A DNA stretch of 12,529 nucleotides from Azolla caroliniana (Eukaryota; Plantae; Polypodiophyta), in assembly GCA_043228905.1 (NCBI GenBank), contig JBHGNT010001054.1, positions 1 through 12,529 of the forward strand. Direction: 5' to 3'. Shown here one piece after another: positions 8,830-12,529 of the stretch (position 1 is its first letter; each line of letters opens with the position of its first letter). The position numbers were made by a program, and so were the translations under genes. The notes under the pieces are model-generated. The model was not told the DNA's origin. It made no database searches and was given only the letters and a program-made list of their open reading frames with translations.

Positions 8830-9441
8830 ATTATCAATCAAAGATGCTCCAAGAACTATTAAAGAACGAGATGAAATGCTCAATGTTCCTTACAAGCAAA
8901 TTCTTGGACGTATACACTACCTTGTTAGTTGTATACATCCCAATTTATGTTCCACCGTTGGAATTCTTTCAAGATTTATGCAGGATCCTAGACCGAAACA
9001 TTGGCAAGTTTTAAAACGACTACGACATTACCTAAAATGAACAAAAGATATGGTGTTAACTTACTCTAAATCGCAATCAGAGTCCCTCAACATGAATCTT
9101 GAAAGATGGACCAATCCATCACAATTGTCTGGTTGGACGGATTCAGATTGGGGAGGGGATTGACTTCAAAGCTAACTTGTTTTATACAAGCTAATCAATC
9201 ATGTATAAAGTTAGCTTGTAATCCGAAAATGAGTGATAATATTCGACATGTCTCTTTCAAGCATCATTTTCTACGAGACTTAATCGAAGAGAAGAAGCTA
9301 GATTTGAAGTATGCGTCTACAACACTAATGTGGGCTGATTTTCTAACAAAGTCAGTACCTCAAACAAAGCATGTCCCTTGTTGCCGAAAGATTGGTCTAA
9401 CAATGTCAAACTATTCTTTGAAAGACAATACTTTTGAATAA
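8830..9441 (+). pseudogene. Ty1/copia element D remnant (RT C-terminus and RNase H), AT-rich family
   Basis: Motifs: VPYKQILGRIHYLVSCIHPNL...LSRFMQDPRPKHWQVLKR; GWTDSDWGGD; then, after an apparent deletion near 9163, NQSCIKLACNP...RHVSFKHHFLRDL...ADFLTKS. Confidence 0.9.
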
Positions 9442-9456
9442 AATAAATTTTATCTT

Positions 9457-9465
9457 AAAGGAGGG
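9457..9465 (+). promoter_or_regulatory. Polypurine tract of copia D
   Basis: AAAGGAGGG just after the RNase H stop and directly before TGTGG. Confidence 0.7.
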
Positions 9466-9632
9466 TGTGGAAATATTTAACCTAAATATTATATTATTAT
9501 TAATTAGAAAAATAAGTAATTACGAAGAGTTGTTTATTATTAGACTTTAGAGAAAACTCTTCATTTAAGAGACATAACTTTTTGTCCATCTTCTCTACAA
9601 AGAAGCCATTTTGACTAATGTAACATTACACA
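9466..9632 (+). repeat. Probable short AT-rich 3' LTR of copia D
   Basis: Starts TGTGGAA after the PPT. The candidate end TTACACA is a 6/7 inverted match, and base composition changes sharply after it. Confidence 0.5.
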
Positions 9633-9726
9633 ATCAATTGGCCAAGGTTAAGACGCTCCTCTCACCATCACAGCTTCCACTGACATTCCCAACCAGAAGC
9701 TCTACTAACCCTCACGGCCTAGGTCA

Positions 9727-10757
9727 ATGCAACAACTCAAGAATCCTTGCTTGCCATCGCCAACTCGGCCGACAATCACCTCGCCTAACGTCACTAACCA
9801 AGCACCACCCCTCACCACTACTGCAGCACCGCCCCCACCTCATAACTATGTGGAAGAATTGGTATCCCAGATGACGATTGCCGAGAAGGCCAAACAGCGA
9901 CACCAGGAGACCTTAGATGAAATCGTCCAACTCCACGAAAGCCCTCTAGCAATCACAGCAAAGAGAAGCCGAACTACCGAAGCAGCTCATAACAAAGATG
10001 GTGGAATACAAGCAAATACTAAATCAAGCAAAGGAGGAGCGGCTATTCAGGCAGCAAAAAGAGGAATTGGTCGCCTCGCTGCAGCAACAAAAAGAAAAAG
10101 AAGTATTCCACCAGGTGCTTCGCAGTCGGAACGACGACGAACTCATTGATCTCCAAGGAATGCAGAAAGATTTCGGCCCGACAGCACTAGTTGATGTGCG
10201 ATATGGATAGCCGGAGGCATATGTTAGAAGCTTGTCTCCGGCAACTTCGAGTTACATCTAAACAAGAACTGGAACTGTGCAAGCAGGAGCTTGAGGATGG
10301 AAAAGGCAAGGCTTGTCCACAAAATACGAGAGCGGGACTCAGAGTTCTACCAAAAGAAGCTCGACGAGATGATCTCCTCTTTCAACCTATCCAAATCAAA
10401 GCTCGAGTTAGACGCCCAAAAAAAAGGCACTACAAGAGCTTTGCATCAAACTATGAGATGGGCGAAATCTCATGGATCAAGGAGGCCCTACTGGAAAACC
10501 AACCATGGGAAGCGGTTGAACCAGAAGGTAGAAAGAAGTAACTCTTACTCAACGATGGAACGAATGGTCGACACAAGCAGTTGAATTACAAATACTCAAA
10601 GCAGATTACGAGAACCACAAGGAGGGCCAAGGATTGTATAAAATGGATGAGAAAGAGCATCCAACTACTCCAAGAAAAGAAGAAGACCTTACTGAAGAAT
10701 TCCACTCCCTCACTGAAGAAAGGAGATAGACTGAGCCAAGCACTAATAGCCGAATAA
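9727..10757 (+). pseudogene. Frameshifted unknown reading frame (Pro/Thr-rich N-part, E/K/Q-rich coiled-coil-like segments); candidate additional 3' ORF of an LTR retrotransposon
   Basis: Overlapping plus-strand ORFs 9727-10149, 9998-10210, 10191-10541 and 10291-10584, plus an open frame to TAA at 10755-10757, tile about 1 kb. No recognisable motif; followed by a purine tract. Confidence 0.45.
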
Positions 10758-10773
10758 AGGGGAACCAAATATT

Positions 10774-10787
10774 AAGGAGGGACGAGG
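10774..10787 (+). promoter_or_regulatory. Candidate polypurine tract
   Basis: AAGGAGGGACGAGG precedes and overlaps GGTAACAC (TGTAACAC-like LTR start). Confidence 0.45.
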
Positions 10788-10841
10788 TAACACGCCAAGC
10801 ATGGAGGCCTATATATTGTGGTGTGCATGTGTTCCTTTGTG

Positions 10842-10961
10842 CCACCCTTTTAGCTCACCCTTTTTAGGATTCACATACCCAAGTTGACCCACCTTTTTAG
10901 CTCACCCTTTTTAGGATGCATGTGCCCAAAATGACCCACCCTTTTAGCACACCCTTTTTAG
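10842..10961 (+). repeat. ~2.5 x 47-bp tandem repeat with internal CACCCTTTT(T)AG sub-repeats
   Basis: Units start at 10842, 10889 and 10936 (ccacccttttagctcaccctttttagga...tgac). Confidence 0.9.
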
Positions 10962-11425
10962 TCAAGCCAACCCAAATGGGTTCCGTTGTATCAACTATAA
11001 ATTGATTGAGAAGTGTGAAGTCAATTTTTGCTCATAGGAAAAGACCGTGACAAATACATTGGATGCGAAGGTATAGAAGAATAAAGCACAATATGAAAGG
11101 TCCAAGAGTTAAAAGATAAATGAAATTGAAGAGAAATAAAGTTAGAAGCGTTTTTCAAAAGAAAAAAAATCAGAAAAAAAGAAAAAGAAGAAAAACGCAG
11201 GAAATTAAGTAGAAAAAGCAAGGTAGAGAAAAAAGCTCATAACTATTCATCTCTTATCCAAATTTCAAAAGAAAAGATTCATAAGAAAGCTGACAAAGAG
11301 AGCTTTCTTGTATGTAAAAATTGGATGAAAACCCAGAAATAATTATATGAAAAACGCACCACACAAACTCGAGGATATGTAAAAGAAAAGAAAAGAAAAA
11401 AGCAAGAATAACGCAACTAAAAACC

Positions 11426-11433
11426 TATAAATA
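11426..11433 (+). promoter_or_regulatory. TATA box in putative LTR
   Basis: TATAAATA in the context cctataaatatg. Confidence 0.5.
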
Positions 11434-11531
11434 TGCGGTATTCTTAGCAATATGGGGGATGGAGGAAGAATAGAATATCTACAAGGAAGGATAGAAGATC
11501 TACAAGAAGAAGTGAAGACGAAGAAGTGAGA

Positions 11532-11555
11532 AAGAAGAAGAAGAAGAAGAAGAAG
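11532..11555. repeat. (AAG)8 microsatellite
   Basis: aagaagaagaagaagaagaagaag. Confidence 0.85.
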
Positions 11556-12032
11556 ATTAGAAGAAATGGGAAGACGATTAGTAGAAGAAAGAGAGAAGGC
11601 AAAAAGACTATTTTAGTAATAGTATATTGAAGTAGTTATTTGGGGTTGTTCCTCTTGGTGTCTAAGAGGATTGTATTCTTTTCTTAATAGTATATTGAAG
11701 TATTCTTTTTTCTTCCTCTTCTCTTCTCTATCTTTTTTTTCTCTCTCTTCATCATTTTGTCGATCGATACTTGTAACAGACTGTGTTCTTAATATATCAA
11801 TTGTTCTTGTGGGGTAATCTGGTGTATCAAACTTGTGTCCAAGTATATTGGACTATGTAAACACAAGTCTATGTAATCATGAGTTTGTGATCGGTGGAAG
11901 CCGTTTCGGTAGGGTACTTCTTACGATGCTTCTTATGGAGTTAAGAGTTGTCTGTATTATGAAGTGTGGTACGGGACAAACAGGCCGGAGTTTCCCAACT
12001 AGAGTTATTCAGAAACCTTTGGAGTAGAGTTA

Positions 12033-12280
12033 CCCTGCCGAAGTGATGTTCTCTCGCTTGGTAGGAGAACTTGCCTAGAGAAGGATTTCCTCCTTAGATG
12101 CTTTCAGTTGTTCTTCCCTACCAACTTAGCTACCCAGTGTTGTTGTTGACACAACAACCGAACACCATACGTTGTAGTCCTCTGTACTAGGGTAAGCGTC
12201 TCGCGATTCTCGGCAAACCAACTGTCAATAGGAACCGAACTGTCTCACTACATTCTAAACCTGCCACTTTCATCGGCGAA
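12033..12280 (-). pseudogene. rrn26: Decayed organellar large-subunit rRNA fragment (domain V-VI), probably mitochondrial 26S (NUMT)
   Basis: The plus strand matches antisense bacterial-type LSU rRNA motifs in the correct order: cttagatgctttcag, acttagctacc, acaaccgaacacca, gtcctct-gtactagg (sarcin-ricin loop, one base missing), ataggaaccgaactgtctcac, ttctaaacc, ccactttcatcggcgaa. Confidence 0.85.
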
Positions 12281-12529
12281 TGGTTGTTTTCCTACCTCTT
12301 GGAATCAAAGAATCCTCCTCCTCGTTCCCTATCCACTTGTCCATTGCCTTCCTTGGACTAGCAACTTCCCTAAGCAATAGAATGTTCACAATTTTAGATC
12401 TCATAGTCCATCCACCCACATTCTATACTCTTTGTTGGACCTTCTGTGATGCTTCCCCATGACAACCCTTTACTTGATCCAATTAGTTTACCGGATTCAT
12501 CTCAGATACATGGGTTCCACAAGATACAT

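Larger units (their letters stand above)
10786..12034 (+). repeat. Putative long LTR (~1.25 kb) of an unidentified element
   Basis: Follows the purine tract. Contains tandem repeats, an A-rich tract, CTATAAATA at 11425-11433, then GA-rich and T-rich tracts. The ends GGTAAC...GTTACC are inverted repeats, and rRNA-derived sequence starts right after. Confidence 0.45.

Noticed and set aside
3791-9441. One continuous plus-strand copia element
   Set aside because: Integrase and RT/RNase H domains occur twice with divergent sequences and different base composition, so these are separate fragments.
10842-10961. CRISPR-like or telomeric repeat array
   Set aside because: The linkers are homologous to each other, and the motif is not a tandem CCCTAAA/TTTAGGG run.
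12033-12280. Functional rRNA gene or prokaryotic contig
   Set aside because: Only ~250 bp, with lesions in invariant motifs, embedded in plant-type retrotransposon DNA.
9466-12521. Single 3-kb LTR bounded by TGTGGAA...TTCCACA
   Set aside because: A 7-mer match within 3 kb is plausible by chance, and the interval contains unrelated ORF-like, LTR-like and rRNA-derived parts.
12281-12529. Coding region at the window end (ORF 12280-12462 or the minus-strand frame)
   Set aside because: It is short, has no recognisable motif, and the minus frame contains stops; left unassigned.

Overview
This is eukaryotic (land-plant-type) repetitive DNA: a nested cluster of decayed LTR retrotransposons with no intact host gene. 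From left to right it contains: (1) a minus-strand Ty1/copia element A (5' LTR 3012-3305, tRNA-iMet PBS, gag, protease, integrase; runs off the window start). Its gag zinc knuckle is split by a ~1.02 kb solo-LTR-like insertion (1116-2139) that carries a tRNA-like Pol III A/B-box module. (2) A Ty3/gypsy (Tf2/Tcn1-like) reverse-transcriptase fragment (3306-3790, minus), missed by the ORF track, into which copia A inserted. (3) Plus-strand copia B (integrase-RT-RNase H plus a 3' LTR). (4) Copia C (protease-integrase-start of RT). (5) A ~340 bp solo-LTR-like segment with unrelated flanks. (6) An AT-rich copia D (RT end-RNase H-PPT-short LTR). (7) A frameshifted, unrecognised Pro-rich/coiled-coil reading frame followed by a purine tract and a ~1.25 kb LTR-like region with 47-bp tandem repeats. 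(8) A decayed organellar, probably mitochondrial, large-subunit rRNA fragment (NUMT). All coding remnants are pseudogenised. A fern or other seed-free plant host is an inference only.
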